Shown here: positions 11,921 through 25,208 of the stretch, piece after piece
How the letters are laid out: each line of letters starts with the position of its first letter
Numbering within the stretch: the first letter of the stretch is position 1
Source of the DNA: Lepidodermella squamata
Lineage: Eukaryota; Animalia; Gastrotricha
Direction: 5' to 3'
NCBI GenBank assembly: GCA_047495785.1
Contig: JBLDXI010000046.1
Span: 310,001 to 374,000 of the forward strand
Length of the DNA stretch: 64,000 nt
Notes under the pieces: model-generated
The model's input: the letters and a program-made list of their open reading frames with translations, nothing else
Databases searched by the model: none
What the model was told of the DNA's origin: nothing
Translations under genes and position numbers: made by a program

Positions 11921-13979
11921 ATGTTCGAAGGCAGGCTGATCTTGATGCTCACAGCAACACTTGGCTTATACCTAGGCTACGCTAGTTCCACCGACACAAC
12001 GAAACGGCAATTGAAGCCATTCAGACTACAGATGCTGTCTTTACTGTTAATGACCGGGTACGAACCTAGGGACAACATGATGTGTAAAGCTGCTCAAGAA
12101 ATGGTTGTTCAAATCGTCAACGAACGGCGCGACTTTCTACCCAACTACCATATCGAACTCGACTTTCGAAACGAAGGTCCTTTCGGTGGACTCTCAGTAC
12201 GAGAAACCATGGCTTTCACGCGGAGAATCGAAAATTCAACTGACATAACTGCCTCCCCAGTTTTCACAGGCCCATTTTTGTCGTCAGCATGCCGTCCAGT
12301 TGCATCTATCGCCCATCATTTGAACATGGTCATGGTAGCAGGGTCGTGTACTGGACCACCGCAAACTGCGAAAAGGAACCTCTACCCTAATATGTATAGA
12401 ATCAGGTCAGCGGCTGAGCTCTCAGTTTACGCTCGGACCTATTTCTTAGCGAAATTGACGAGCATTCGAAAAATCGGAATTTTGCTGAACGCTGCTCAGG
12501 CATTCAACTACGACACGGCTAGTTTGTTCTACCAGGCTGTCCTAGCTAACGGTTTCCAAGTTCTTGCATTTGACGGAAGTTATGACTTCAACGATGATTT
12601 TATGTCGTCGCTAAAATCTAAGGATGTTCGAGTTTTCAGCATGGATTCAGGCGATCCTCTGATTGCGCTTCGGTTTCTGTGCCAATGCTTCAAATTCGGC
12701 ATGAAAGGACCGCGGTATTTGTTCATTTTTCAATTCGTAACCTATATCGACATTTATTCCCTACCTTTCAATATAACCCAAGGCTGCAATCGTACGACAA
12801 TCATCGCTCAATTTGAATATTCTTATTTTATCGGAATTTCACTGGAAGTTTTAAGGCCGATGAATAATAGGTCGGAATTAGGCCATTCCTACGAAGATTT
12901 CGAGGCTCTTTTCACGGATTTTACGAATAACACCAGAACACCAGATTCAGACTTTCGATTCATTTGCTACGACCGAGTTTTAGCAGCTTTGATGGTCCTA
13001 AATGGCACTGAGGCAATCCTGAACCAGAAAAATATGACCCTTAAAGATTTCAAGGTGGATACACACACCGTAATGTTAGCCGCTAATCAAAGTGCGGCCC
13101 GACTTGATTTCTTCAATTTACGCTACGGTAGGTTCAGATATTCGTCCCGCCTTGAATATGGCTCTGAGCCTCAGGTAGTTGCATACTGGTCTCCGCAAAA
13201 GTCTTTGGTTCTAACCCACCAAATCACATTGGTTAAGGAGCTCGTATTCAATAGAGGAGTTCAATCGGATTCAGAAACCTTTTCCGAAAGATTCAGCTTC
13301 ACTTGAAATCCATGTAACGAAAATTTCTCCAGCAACAACTGCGATTGGAATTGGTCTGGCAAATGTAGCCGGCTCGACTCAAATTTTGACCGGAATTCGT
13401 TTTGTCCATGAAGTCGGAAAGACGAATAACTTCATCTCAATCGATTTATCTTCATCATTTTTCGTTGTACATGGCAGCTCGCTGTTCTGCTCCGGTCAGA
13501 TCGTCTTTCTAGTTGGCGGAGCTTCGTTAGTTAACGCGTGTCTTACCGCGACATTGCTCGGCGTGCGTGACTTTTTTCGAAATGAAAAACCGGAAGCAAA
13601 GTCCAGAATGGGCGAGCACACTGAAAGCATCTCGGAGGCGGACGTTTCTTACAATTCTGAATCTGATGTAATCTTAATTGAAAAGAGTACCTATTGCACG
13701 TCCCCAAACGCACCGGCCTTTGTTGGGGCGATTGTTATTTCAAATATCATTGTTTCTCTCGCCGGGCTGCTGTTCAGTTTCAGCATTGATAACGCCACGA
13801 AAAAATGTAAAATCGCCAATTTAGCCGGGATTAAACCGCTACTACCGGCATCAATCGCCTCATTTTCGATGATATTGTTCGGTCTATTGGTCGAGGTTAT
13901 TCTGTATTACGGAAATTACGCCATTGTTCGAAATATTTCCATGTTTTGTCTTACCTTGCTGTATTCGGTGGGAGTTTAG
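11921..13979 (+). CDS. Class C (GABA-B-like) GPCR: signal peptide + Venus-flytrap domain, then an out-of-frame degenerate TM region; possibly a pseudogene
   Basis: VNERRDFLPNYHIEL, GPFLSSAC, YPNMYR, LKSKDVRV and LCQCFKFGMKGPRYLFI are typical ANF-receptor/GABA-B ectodomain motifs. The PKD-TM1 segment and TM3/5/6/7-like stretches are in a different frame (shift at ~13230-13275), and TM4 appears to be missing. Confidence 0.75.
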
Positions 13980-14276
13980 CCATTTTCTGGGCAGCGAAAA
14001 ATGATAATTGACTATTATGATCGGGAACTCTCATTTTGATGAATCGCTGACTAGTTATGATCAACCAGATTAGGAATTTATTTAGGTTGTTTACATAAAA
14101 AAACTGACCGCAATTGAAAAGTGTTCTTTTCAGCAAACTAGGTCATTTTTTTCTGGACGCATGCGTAATACGTAATATTTAAATTTAAATGAAAAAAAAG
14201 CAAAACGCTCATTTATTCTAACACTTTTTCATTATAACTCAGCTACAACCCCTGTTTCATCCTAAAATAACAAAAA

Positions 14277-15303
14277 ATGGCAAACGATTGGGATATTAGA
14301 GGCAAGGTGTGCATTGTAACTGGAGCCAACTGCGGAATCGGCCGTGAAACTGCCCTGGAGCTCGTGAAATTAGGCGCAGGTCGTGTTATTCTCGCCTGTC
14401 GTAATTTAGAAGCTGGTCGAAATGCGGTCAAATACATTCGGGAAAGAGCCGGCATTAGCAACGAAGATGAGGCCGAAAAACGCCTGACCCTACGACATCT
14501 CGATCTTGGCTCGCTAGAGTCAGTTCGCAAATTCGCTGCTCAGATAAATGCTGAGGAAAAGCAGTTGAATGTTCTTATCAACAATGCAGGCGTTTTCCCT
14601 GAAAACTTCACGAAAAGTTATACGGCTGATGGCTTTGAACTTGGCTTTGGGACGAACCATATCGGTCATTTTCTGTTAACAAAGCTGCTTCTGGATCTAC
14701 TGAAAAAGTATGTTTTATAGAAACTTTTCTAGGGTAAAAATCAACTTTCGCTCGAAACATTTAGATCAGCCCCGGCTCGTGTTATTGCGGTCTCGTCAAT
14801 TGTTCACAAATTCTGTTGGCCGTGGGGATTTCACATCGACGATCCAAACTTCGAAAAATCATGATACTTGGGCTTCCTGTCGTACTCTCAGTCGAAACTC
14901 GCCAACATTCTGTTCGCTTACGAACTCGACCGCCGTCTTAATTCTGAATCACCCTCGGGCGTCACTGCCTACAGCTTGCACCCAGGTGAAATCGAAACGG
15001 AACTTCACCGCAACACGCCTTGGTTTCACACTCTGCTTTTCCCGTTGCGGAAACTGTGGTACCAAACCCCGACTCAGGGTGCCGCGACTACGGTTCATTG
15101 TGCAACAAAACCAGGCATTGAAAAATACTCTGGGAAGTATTTCTCGTAAGTTATGCGCTTTCAAAATCTTATAATGTTGAGATGGAGTATCCGATTTTAG
15201 GAAATCAGCTTTGGAGGAGACATTTGCGTTCGCCCATGATGACGTAGTCGCTACTCGTTTGTGGGAGATGAGTGAGAAAATGATTGCTGAAAAATCTAAG
15301 TGA
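14277..15303 (+). pseudogene. RDH11-14-like SDR, copy 1, with premature TGA (exons 14277-14707, 14765-15145, 15201-15303)
   Basis: TGANCGIG, NNAG, NHIGHF and YSQSK motifs; TGA at 14862-14864 where copies 2, 3 and 5 have Trp, upstream of YxxxK. Confidence 0.85.
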
Positions 15304-15690
15304 GACTCTTGGCGAGGAACTTATGAAAAGTGCTTTTGATTCTGAAGAAAATGAAGAATAAATTCCTCCCTGAGAATATTTTCACCATCTATTTTATATC
15401 GTGGTTGAACTTGTTTGGAAAAATTGGACGATGGCAAATATCAAAACCATTAGCTCATCTTTTCCGTCATTTCATCATTCGATGAATGTTTCAGGCAAAA
15501 AATGAAAGCGACTAGAAAAACTACACGCTTCAGTGTGTAAATTAGGTCAATATTTTTTTGGACGCGGCGTCACATGCTTCATTGAATGAATGAAAACAAA
15601 AAACCGCACGCTCATTCATTCTGCCATTTTTATTGAAACTTATCATTAAAAACTATACAGCGAATTTGCTCTAACACTCTGAATAAGATA

Positions 15691-16888
15691 ATGGCGACCG
15701 ATTGGAATATTAAGGGCAAGGTTTGCATTGTAACTGGAGCCAACTGCGGAATCGGCCGTGAAACTGCTCTCGAGCTTATCCAACGAGGCGCTAGTCGTGT
15801 TATTATAGCCTGCCGCAATTTAGAAGCTGGTCGAAATGCCGTAAAATACATTCGAGAAAAAGCCGGTATTAGCAACGAAGATGAGGCCGAACGACGCCTG
15901 GTCCTTCGCCACCTTGATCTTGGCTCGCTGGAATCGGTTCGGAAATTTGCGGCGCAGATTGAAGCCGAGGAGAAGGAGCTGCATGTCCTCATTGAAAATG
16001 CCGGCGTTTCACCGCCCAACTTTGAGAAATGCTATACGGCTGATGGTTTTGAACTTGGTTTCGGGACGAATCATGTCGGCCATTTTTTGCTGACCAAGCT
16101 GCTGCTCGATCTTTTGAAGAAGTAAATTTCAATTTTAATTTCTCAATTGTCCAAGATATTTTCGAGATAAAAATTTGAAAATTCAATAGAGATTCAGAAT
16201 TTTTATTCAAAGCTTTTCTGGCATCAGAAATTGAGAAAACTAAATCAATGAATCAAATCAATTCGCTCAAAAATCAAGTTATTCATATCGAGTCATATTG
16301 GTAATTAGCAATTCGAGAACTTTGTAATGAAGCATTTTCATCAATTGGCAGATCGGCCCCGGCTCGCGTTGTAGTGGTCGCTTCTCTTGTCCACAAGTTC
16401 TGCTGGCCGTGGGGCTTCCACATCGACGATCCTAACTACGAGACGTCGTGGTACTTTGGAGCTGCATCCTACAGCCAGTCGAAACTCGCGAACATGCTGT
16501 TCGCTCACGAACTCGATCGCCGTCTCAACTCTGAGTCGCCGTCTGGTGTTACCGTCTACAGTCTTCACCCGGGCTCTGTCAACACAGAACTTGCCCGAAA
16601 CGCACCTTGGCTTTCAGTTTTGACTGCTCCGCTCCGAAAGATGTTCTTCCTCACCCCAACCCAGGGGGCGGCTACTACGCTTTACTGCGCTACAACACCC
16701 GGCATTGAAAAATATTCAGGCAAATATTTTTCGTGAGTTGATAGTCGTAAATCTGAATTTTTAGCCTGTCGTTTTCTTATTGCAGAAATTCGGCTGTCGA
16801 AGAAACATTTGCGTACGCTCATGATGACGTAGTCGCTACTCGTTTGTGGGACTTGAGTGAGAAATTGATCGCTGGAAAGTCAAAGTGA
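15691..16888 (+). CDS. RDH11-14-like NADP-dependent SDR, copy 2 (exons 15691-16121, 16352-16732, 16786-16888)
   Basis: TGxxxGxG, ACR, ENAG, NHVGHF, YSQSK, LHPG, GKYF and LW-x-x-SE motifs; GT-AG introns at conserved positions. Confidence 0.92.
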
Positions 16889-17293
16889 AGACCTTGGCAA
16901 TGAACTAATTAAAACTATTGCAAATTCTGAAGAATGAACAATAAATTCCAAATTCCATGTTCACCCAAAATTGTCTATCGCGGGCTGACTCTTTTTGGAA
17001 AAATTAGTTCCAATTATGGATCGTGGGTCGATGGCAGATTCATAAATCTCGAACACATCTTTAATGTTGTTTCACTGATTGATGAAATATTCAGGCGTAA
17101 AATGAATGCGACTAGAAAAACTACACGCTTTAGTGTGTAAATTAGGTCAATATTTCTTTTGGACGCGGCGTCACATGCTTCATTGAATGAATGAAAACAA
17201 AAAACCGCACGCTCATTCATTCTGCCATTTTTTATTGAAACTTAGCATTGAAAAATCTAATTTATCATACAACGGGATTGCTCTGAATTTGAA

Positions 17294-18467
17294 ATGACGA
17301 CCGATTGGAATATCAAGGGCAAGGTTTGCATTGTAACTGGAGCCAACTGCGGAATCGGCCGTGAAACTGCTCTGGAGCTAATCCAAAGAGGCGCTGGTCG
17401 TGTTATTCTCGCCTGCCGTAATTTGGAAGCTGGTCGCAATGCGATCAAATACATTCGAGAAAAAGCCGGTATTAGCAATGAAGATGAGGCCGAGCGACGT
17501 TTGGCACTTCGTCATCTCGATCTTGGCTCGCTGGAATCGGTTCGCAAGTTTGCGGTGCAGATTAAAGCCGAGGAAAAGCAGCTGCATGTTCTCATTGAAA
17601 ATGCAGGCGTTTCCCCTCCCAATTTTGAGAAGTGCCTTACGGCTGATGGTTTTGAACTTGGTTTCGGGACGAATCATCTTGGCCATTTCTTGCTGACCAA
17701 GCTTCTGCTCGATCTTTTGAAGAAGTAAATTTTAATATTTAATTTTTATGGCATTTTCGTAATGAAAAGTATAAAATTCAAAAAAACAAGCTTTTACCAA
17801 AATTATAAGTTCAAATTGTTCTAAAATGAGAAATCTGCATTACTAAATTCCCAAAAAATTCAGTTTTCCGAAACCGAGTTTCATTGGTAACTGGAAAAAT
17901 TCTTAAGAAGCATTTTTATCGATTGGCAGGTCAGCTCCGGCTCGCGTTGTAGTAGTCGCTTCTCTTGTCCACAAGTTCTGCTGGCCGTGGGGCTTCCACA
18001 TCGACGATCCTAACTACGAGACGTCGTGGTACTTCGGCATTGCCTCTTACTGCCAGTCGAAGCTTGCCAACATGCTGTTCGCCCACGAACTCGAGCGCCG
18101 TCTCAACTCTGAGTCGCCGTCTGGCGTCACCGTCTACAGCCTTCACCCGGGCGCTGTCAACACGGAACTCACCCGAAATGCACCGTGGTTTTATTATTTG
18201 ACTGCTCCGCTCCGAAAGATGTTCTTCCTAACCCCAACCCAGGGCGCGGCTACTACGCTTTACTGCGCTACAACGCCCGGCATTGAAATATATTCTGGCA
18301 AATATTTTTCGTAAGTTCTGATTTCAGAATCTTATTATTAAAAAATGGGATTTTTCTATTTCAGAAATTCGGCTGTGGAGGAAACATTTGCGTACGCTCA
18401 TGATGACGTAGTCGCTACTCGTTTGTGGGACTTGAGTGAGAAATTGATTGCTGATAAGTCAAAGTGA
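17294..18467 (+). CDS. RDH11-14-like SDR, copy 3 (exons 17294-17724, 17930-18310, 18365-18467)
   Basis: Same motifs (YCQSK); coding region and ~150 nt of upstream sequence are near-identical to copy 2. Confidence 0.92.
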
Positions 18468-18612
18468 GGCTTGTTTGAAGATGAACTGTTTCAAAGTGTG
18501 TTCGAGTTGAAGCGAGCTTAGAGACCTCAATAAATCATGTGTCGTGTATTTCTTGTTTCATTCTTGTTTCTTATTACTTAAAAAGTTAATGCTTTATTTA
18601 GAAATTTTATTC

Positions 18613-18678
18613 ATGGATTCTGGAAATTGGACTATCAGAAGCAAAGTTTGCCCTGTTACTGGTGAGAATGTCGGCCTA
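18613..18678 (+). pseudogene. 5' remnant of an SDR gene
   Basis: MDSGNWTIRSKVCPVTGENVGL matches the N-terminus of copy 6 (MDSGEWTIRGKVCLVTGANVGL), then homology stops. Confidence 0.7.
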
Positions 18679-19338
18679 TATGTTAAGTCCACGGCACGAG
18701 CCACCTGAAACCGTTCGAATTAGACAAAGTTCGGCCCATGCAAGTCCGGACAAGCCAAAAAGTACTTTACATTATAGGAGAGCTGTCGTACGAATTAAAA
18801 AATTTACACATGCTCATTCAATGTCCAAAATTTCTTGTTGAGTCAAATTTTACCTGAAAGAAAAGCCTTAGATAAAATGAGCTTTATGTGACAGTACGAG
18901 GTCAATATTTTTGACCGGTTATGTGAATACACTGTTGTGTAAAAAGCGTGCTCGTGCATTATACACCTGAGTATTTATATTTACCAACCAAGTAAGAGGA
19001 GCGGTACTCTCTAGTTTTTCAACGATCTTGAAATGCATTCAATAGTCAACTGATATCCGAGGCAATGAATATTCTTCAAATTCTCCCTATGTTGAAGTTC
19101 CAATGTTGAAATATTTGAAATAATAGAACTTCGCCTCTCGGTCTTACAACTCCTCGAGTTTTCCCCAATTGCTTTCCCATTCATTCTTAAATGGGCCTCT
19201 TTTGTTGCAAAGGTCGCCAATCTTTTGACATTTCCGAAATTTGCAGAGTTTATTTCTTATTTATTCCTGTATTAACCCTTGCTCCTAATTGTTACATTTC
19301 TTTATTTAGAGTTAATAGGTTACTTTTCTCGTTTCTTA

Positions 19339-20376
19339 ATGGATCACGGTGAATGGACTGTTAAAGGCAAGGTTTGCCTCGTAACTGGTGCCAATGTCGG
19401 CCTTGGCCGGGAGACTGTTCTCGAGTTGGTGAAGCAAGGCGCAAAACGAGTCATCATGGCGTGTCGTAATATGCAAACCGCCGTTGAAGCCGTACAATAC
19501 ATTCGAGAAAAAGCCGGAATATCCGATGACGAGGAAGCCAAGCGGCGATTGTCCCTTCGAAACCTGGACTTGGCGTCGTTAGCTTCGATTCGTAAATTCG
19601 CCGCTGAAGTGAATGCGCAGGAGCCCGAGTTGCATGTCCTGATCGAGAATGCGGCGGTTTACGGGCCAAGTGAAAAAGCTATGACAGCTGATGGCTTCGA
19701 AATAAGCTTCGGGACGAACCATTTGGGCCATTTCCTGCTCACCCAACTCCTCCTTGATCTGCTGAAAAAGTTGGTTCCCATAATTTTTGAAAATAACATG
19801 AATAATTGAATATCTGGCTGTTCGCTCTCTTAGGTCCGCCCCAACTCGAATTGTGATCGTTGCAGCCTTGGCTTATAAATTTTGCTGGCCGTGGGGGTTT
19901 CCAATCGATGATTTCAATTACGAACGAGGCTGGTTCAGCCCTTGGCTTGCCTACAGCCGGTCGAAACTCGCCAACATTCTGTTCACTCGCGAACTCGAGA
20001 AACGACTGAATGGAGGGGATAAAAAATCTGGCATCACCGTGTACTGCCTTCATCCAGGTGTTATTCCGACCGAATTAAGCCGGCACCGAAGCCAATGGCT
20101 ACAAGCAATTTTGCGACCAATCGCTCCCTATCTTCTAACGCCGGTAGCCGACGGCATTAAAACAACGATGCATTGCGCGACACAGCCTGGAATCGAGAAT
20201 TACTCCGGTCGATACTTCACGTGAGCATTTTTCTCGTTGTTGAGCCGTACAACTTTCTATACTATTTTATTGATTACAGCGACTCGCAAGCTGTCGATGT
20301 TTGGGCTATAGCAAAAGATGACAACAAAGCGAAAGATCTGTGGGAACTTAGCGAGCGCTTGATCTCCCAGAAATGA
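19339..20376 (+). CDS. RDH11-14-like SDR, copy 4 (exons 19339-19769, 19834-20220, 20280-20376)
   Basis: TGANVGLG, ENAA, NHLGHF, YSRSK and LHPG motifs; conserved intron positions. Confidence 0.92.
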
Positions 20377-20699
20377 ATGTTACGATTATGAATAATGATA
20401 TAAAAATCTGTCACTTTCATACTTGAGTTATATAAAGAATTTGAAAGATAGTGAATTGTTGATTAAATTGAAACTGAAAGTCTCGCAAGCCATTAATTAG
20501 CGCAGGCAAAATCTTTTTGTTCGCAAGTCCATTTATAGTAATACAAACGACCCAGTATAGGTCTTTTGCTATTTGCATCCATCGATATCGCAAACTAAAA
20601 AATGTTGGTTGCCTTGAAATTTCAAAACTTGAAATGACATGGAAATATTGTTGCCGTGTACCTTCAACTGGAGTAAACGTATGATTGAAGTTCCAACTT

Positions 20700-20820
20700 A
20701 CACTTGCGGCAATCCCACCCGGTCCAGCCTGCTTGGCTTGGCAAGTGCATTTGTAGCCACCACGTTCGGCCAGGCCTCCGACACGTGACCCAGGTTGGCA
20801 ATTTGGCGCGCACATTTGGC
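20700..20820 (-). pseudogene. Remnant EGF exon of a deleted LamG-EGF gene
   Basis: CAPNCQPGSRVGGLAERGGYKCTCQA resembles EGF1 of the copy at 49057-51317 (CAPNCQPASCVGDL); a Cys is lost and the frame is disrupted. Confidence 0.65.
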
Positions 20821-21339
20821 AGGGGTGAAATTCATGACAAAAAATGTGCTCATTTTCAGTTTAAAAAGAAATTTGTATTGGTAAATCCGCCGTATGATGA
20901 TATTTTTAAAAATAAATAAATCAGCGCTCGGCGCTCGATTCGCCTCCAGTTTCCGCAGGATGAAGCCTGTGGTATCATGCAAATGCTGGGGCCATATCTG
21001 CGGCAGTATGGCTGATGTGTCAGTGCGCTCTCAGATCTCACCTATGAAATGTTCGCGCTAAATGCGAATCGAGACTGTTTTGCGCTCGGGTAATAATAAT
21101 AATATTATGAACATTAAAATGAAACGAGTCTGATGATATTTATGAATGTATAACGAAGCCATGAAATAATCATATACAAACGATTTTCGAGTTTCCTATT
21201 CATTCTCGTCAAGTTCCAGGTGAATAGCGTACAAACAGAAATCCAAGTATAGGCTAGATGCTAGATCATACGGGATCCTCATCGAGGATCTTTGCTTCGT
21301 GAAGATTTGATAGAATTGAGTATTTATTCCTATTAGGTA

Positions 21340-21594
21340 CAGTAGAACCCCGTCCGACACGACATCGGGACATGTTAGGAGCGATTGGACCCGCAGAGGG
21401 CATGCCTGGATATCCCGTCAGGACAGTGTGCGAAGTACCGGGGGGTGGGGGGTGGGTGACGCGAAGTATCGTGACGCTCACCTCGAAAGGTCATAGAAAG
21501 AAAACCTCAAAGAAAAACAGAGAGGCCCTTTGGTCCAAAAAATACGACTCCGGGAATACCCGTAAATACTCCCCGGCTCGAGGTTCCTACTGCA
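21340..21594. mobile_element. Possible pogo/Tigger-like MITE remnant
   Basis: TA-CAGTAGAACCCCG at the left and an imperfect inverse cgaggttcctactgca at the right. Confidence 0.35.
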
Positions 21595-21888
21595 CTGCGT
21601 CAGGATTTTCGCGGTACTTTATGCAATTTATTGAATTTTCCCAATAAACAAAGCCTGAAAACACTGGAAAAGTAGGTGTATGACATGAAAAACAGGTCTG
21701 GAGGGAAAAATCTACTGCCATTTTAGTGAATAGTGTTTATCACACGCTATTTTTGAAGATTTTTCGAGCTCACGCCATTTCATCCAAAGATTCGTCAAAT
21801 TGTCACAGGACGTAACAGTAAGTTAGACATTACAGCAGTGTCGGTTATTCCAGATTTTCATGCTTCTCAGGAACCGGCAGCATATTTG

Positions 21889-24010
21889 CTAACCTTGGAC
21901 ACCTTGGATAAAAATAAATGAAGGCATTATGAGAAATTGAGCGACGTGTGACTCACGTGAGAAACAATCCGACCCTGTCCAACCGGCATTGCACGTGCAA
22001 TTTCGAGGGGCAGTGCAGATGCCTTGAAGGTAGCAGCCATTATTGCATGCCGCTGAAGAGTGAATTTGTAGTGTAAGAGAGCGAGATAAACTTCAACCCA
22101 ACTCAGAGCGCGTTTAAATTTAAAAAAGTCGACGTAATTAAAAAAAAACTTGAAAGCGACGTCAAATTAAAAAAAATGGCTCCCTTCGAACCTATTCCAT
22201 GTATATTGCCCTATGGCTTGCCATCGAAAAAAACAATTTCCCCCGATCTGTAACCCCGAGTGAGTTTGGCGCAGCTAAACGCCAAAACCATGGCTAGCCA
22301 TAGAGGATTCCCGTATTTCCGATAAAATCCGTAAACTAACGAGCTATGCAATCTGGTGACAGCCAGTCTGAATTGCAGCTACATCGGTTTGGGCGAATGC
22401 AGGTGCCACCATTAGGACAACCAGAAGGACAGACGGCTAAATATGGTTGGATTAGTCTTATTCGGGTGATATTCGAATAGTTTCTTACGTACGCGTATCG
22501 CAGAGAGTACCAGCCCAGCCCGGAGAACATGTGCATGTATTTGGACCCAAGCAACGTCCGCCGATGCCACAGCCTGGATTACAAGTTGCTGTCGAGAAAA
22601 TTTTATTTTAAAAGGAGACAGACTAGTTCTAGCTCGGCTTACGAGTTCCGCAATCCCAACCAGCCCAGCCGGCCTGGCATGTACATCTGTAGCCACCCAT
22701 GCTCGTTAGATCACCGACGCATGAGCCATTTTGGCACTTCGAGGGGCACGTGATCTCTGTCACGATGCAAAGCTTTAGACTATAGTTGATAGGTAGGAGC
22801 TTGCTCATCTAATGATTGATACTTAGAAGACTTGTCATTGATTGATAACTCCTCCGATATCGGGGCTCGGGGCCCGAGGAAGCAGGATAATGGACAATAT
22901 TTGCTACCTTCCATTTACAAAGTCTTCCGAGTCGTCCCTTACCGTTGATAGAGCCTATTACATAGAACAATTTTTCCAGCCTTTCAATTTCCCAGCATCT
23001 GGGAGAAAGGGGAGGGGGGAAGGGTACCTAGGTTGGGTGTTTTCAGCCCCGAATTTATCTGACCAAAGGGTAAACCTTGTGGTTGTTTGGGTTTGGTTAC
23101 CCCCCGTGCCCTTTCCCGACCCCCCTCTCCCGCACTACGCACACTGGTCTCCCGAGCTATCGCGAGTCGCAAAGATGTAGTAGGTCTAACTTTTAGGTTT
23201 ACTCACGGTTGATAAGCTGGCATTGTTGTCTCAAAATCGTCAGTTGGCTCAGCGACAAAGCAGCTTTGTGAATCGAAACGCAAGCATACTTATTGTTCCA
23301 CGATGAGGTTGTAGCAATTCTTGAAGAAAACAAGTATATAGTAGTTATATTCTAAGTATGGAGGTTATAGCTAACCTCCTGCCAAGGGTAAAACTCGTGC
23401 CTGTTGGCGGTGGAGGCTGGCCAGTTATCAAAAAGGTGGCTGTATCGCAGACTACGATATATGAGGAGTTGGTAGCGACATGAATGAGCGCCACAAATTG
23501 CCATGTCGCGTAAGTGCACGGCATTTGCCAGTTGTTAGTCGAGCCGTCAGCTGCATAAAGATAATTAGGCGTTGTATCTACATTGTTGTTACTATCATAA
23601 CGCCACAAATGGGTTCCCACGGTTCCGTTCAAATTCCATTCGAATAATCCACCTCGTTGCGGCGCGAAGACGAAGCCAGCTATAGTGAAAGAAGATGAGC
23701 CCATGCTGATTCTAGCATCGTTAATTTCAATCCAACTCGTGTTGTCTGCTTTGTTCGTCTCCCAAGCTGTTCTAGGTGCTCCAAAGGGTCCATCTGCCAG
23801 AACTCCTTGGTTCGTTTTGAATACTGCATCGATAGAATTGCCTGAGACGTCTCTAGTCGCGAAAAGCTCGTTGAGCGGCCAATATGCGACTGGATTCGGT
23901 AAATTAACGGCTTGATTTAGCTGAAACTGAGCGATATACTCCTGGCCATTAGCTTTCAGGAGAAAGCAGAGAGCATTGAGGAAGAAGCCCGAAGTCGTGA
24001 ATGAGTGCAT
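21889..24010 (-). CDS. Secreted LamG/ConA-like jelly-roll + 4 EGF-like repeats, copy G1
   Basis: Signal peptide; VAYWPLNE...DVSGN...GPFG...SWIE...SFTI...WQFVA...IHKAALS LamG-3-like motifs; four phase-1 EGF exons (CxxxCxxGGxCxxPNxCxCxxGWxGxxC); 9-nt microexon 21894-21902; terminal CPxxGC exon not found. An upstream in-frame ATG at 24058 is an alternative start. Confidence 0.85.
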
Positions 24011-24479
24011 TTTGGTGTAAAAAATCATTCTTCGTTGCTTGTGGATGTTATAAGGCATTGCAGGTCATGAATAATAAATGGATCAACTCAGCGTTTTCGC
24101 CAGTTTCCTCGCGACAAATCACGCCTATTACTGGCATTTTTTTGTCTTACTGCAGATTCTTAGTTGAGATTCCTGTTCTTAGTTCAATATTTACGTAGCT
24201 ATAGTGTTTATAGCCCCTTGCGGTGATAATTTATCGACATTTCATCAAATCAAACCTGTTGCAGGGCCAGTAAAATATTGAATTTCTCCAGCCATAGCCA
24301 GGATAAAAACGGGCGACGGTGACCTCATCAGTAGCTCGCCCTCAGCATGAGTCGTCCAATAAGGAAGATAGGGTAAAAAACCTCTGAGCGTAAAGGTGGA
24401 AAATCGTCGATTATGATGCTATGTTGGCCTTGAAAATTCTAGAGAAAAATTGCATTCTCGGCTTTCTTCGTCTCCCAAA

Positions 24480-24965
24480 CTGTATGATATGTGTCGACCG
24501 ATGCCTGAATGAGTCAAGGCAACCACATTTGTTTTGAAAACAGCGGAATTGCCAGAAACGTTGATACGACCATCTAATGTGCCGACCGCGATCTATCAGT
24601 TGCCCTAAACAAGTTACAAGCTGATATCGATAAGGTCAGTAAATGGCTGGGCAACAACAGCCTGATGGTAAATGCAAGGAAGTCTCAGCTTATGATACTA
24701 GGCGAAGAAGCCGTGACAGGTCTCAAGACCATGGGAAACACAGAACGCTAAAACGGCCAACAGCTGCCGACAACTAACATACAATGAACTGCTTAACGCG
24801 CCTATGTGTTTTTCGAACAAAGTTTAACGACCCTGGAACGGCTCCGAATGACTATGGCTCTCTGCACGAAAACTAGCGGCTGCACTTTTTTTTTCTCTTG
24901 TAGAGCTTCCAAATTCCAAACCTAGATATCACGCTCTTTAAATAAAAAAATAAATAATAAATAAA
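24480..24965 (+). mobile_element. Decayed LINE (CR1/L2-like) RT fragment with A-rich tail
   Basis: DTTI*CADRDLSVALNKLQADIDKVSKWLGNNSLMVNARKSQLMILG corresponds to RT motifs just after YADD; (aataaa)n tail at ~24940-24965. Confidence 0.65.
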
Positions 24966-25208
24966 CGTGTTGTGTGTCGTGTGCAAAAGAGGTCGTCAAA
25001 CCCAAAATGTACCCAAATATGGAAAACTGATGGCTTGAATCGCATATGTATGTCTGGCCATTCACCCGGAAAATTGCAGCGGTGAAATTTATACCGAGTC
25101 TTCGTTTTCATCTTGAAAGTTGTTTATTGATATTTGAAAATGTGGCGCGTTATGAGTAAAACATGTCATAAATAGAGAATAAATCAGCGATCTTCAGGTT
25201 CGCTTAAT

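Noticed and set aside
14862-14864. TGA as selenocysteine or a variant genetic code
   Set aside because: The position is Trp, not Cys, in paralogues, and TGA is the normal stop of neighbouring genes.
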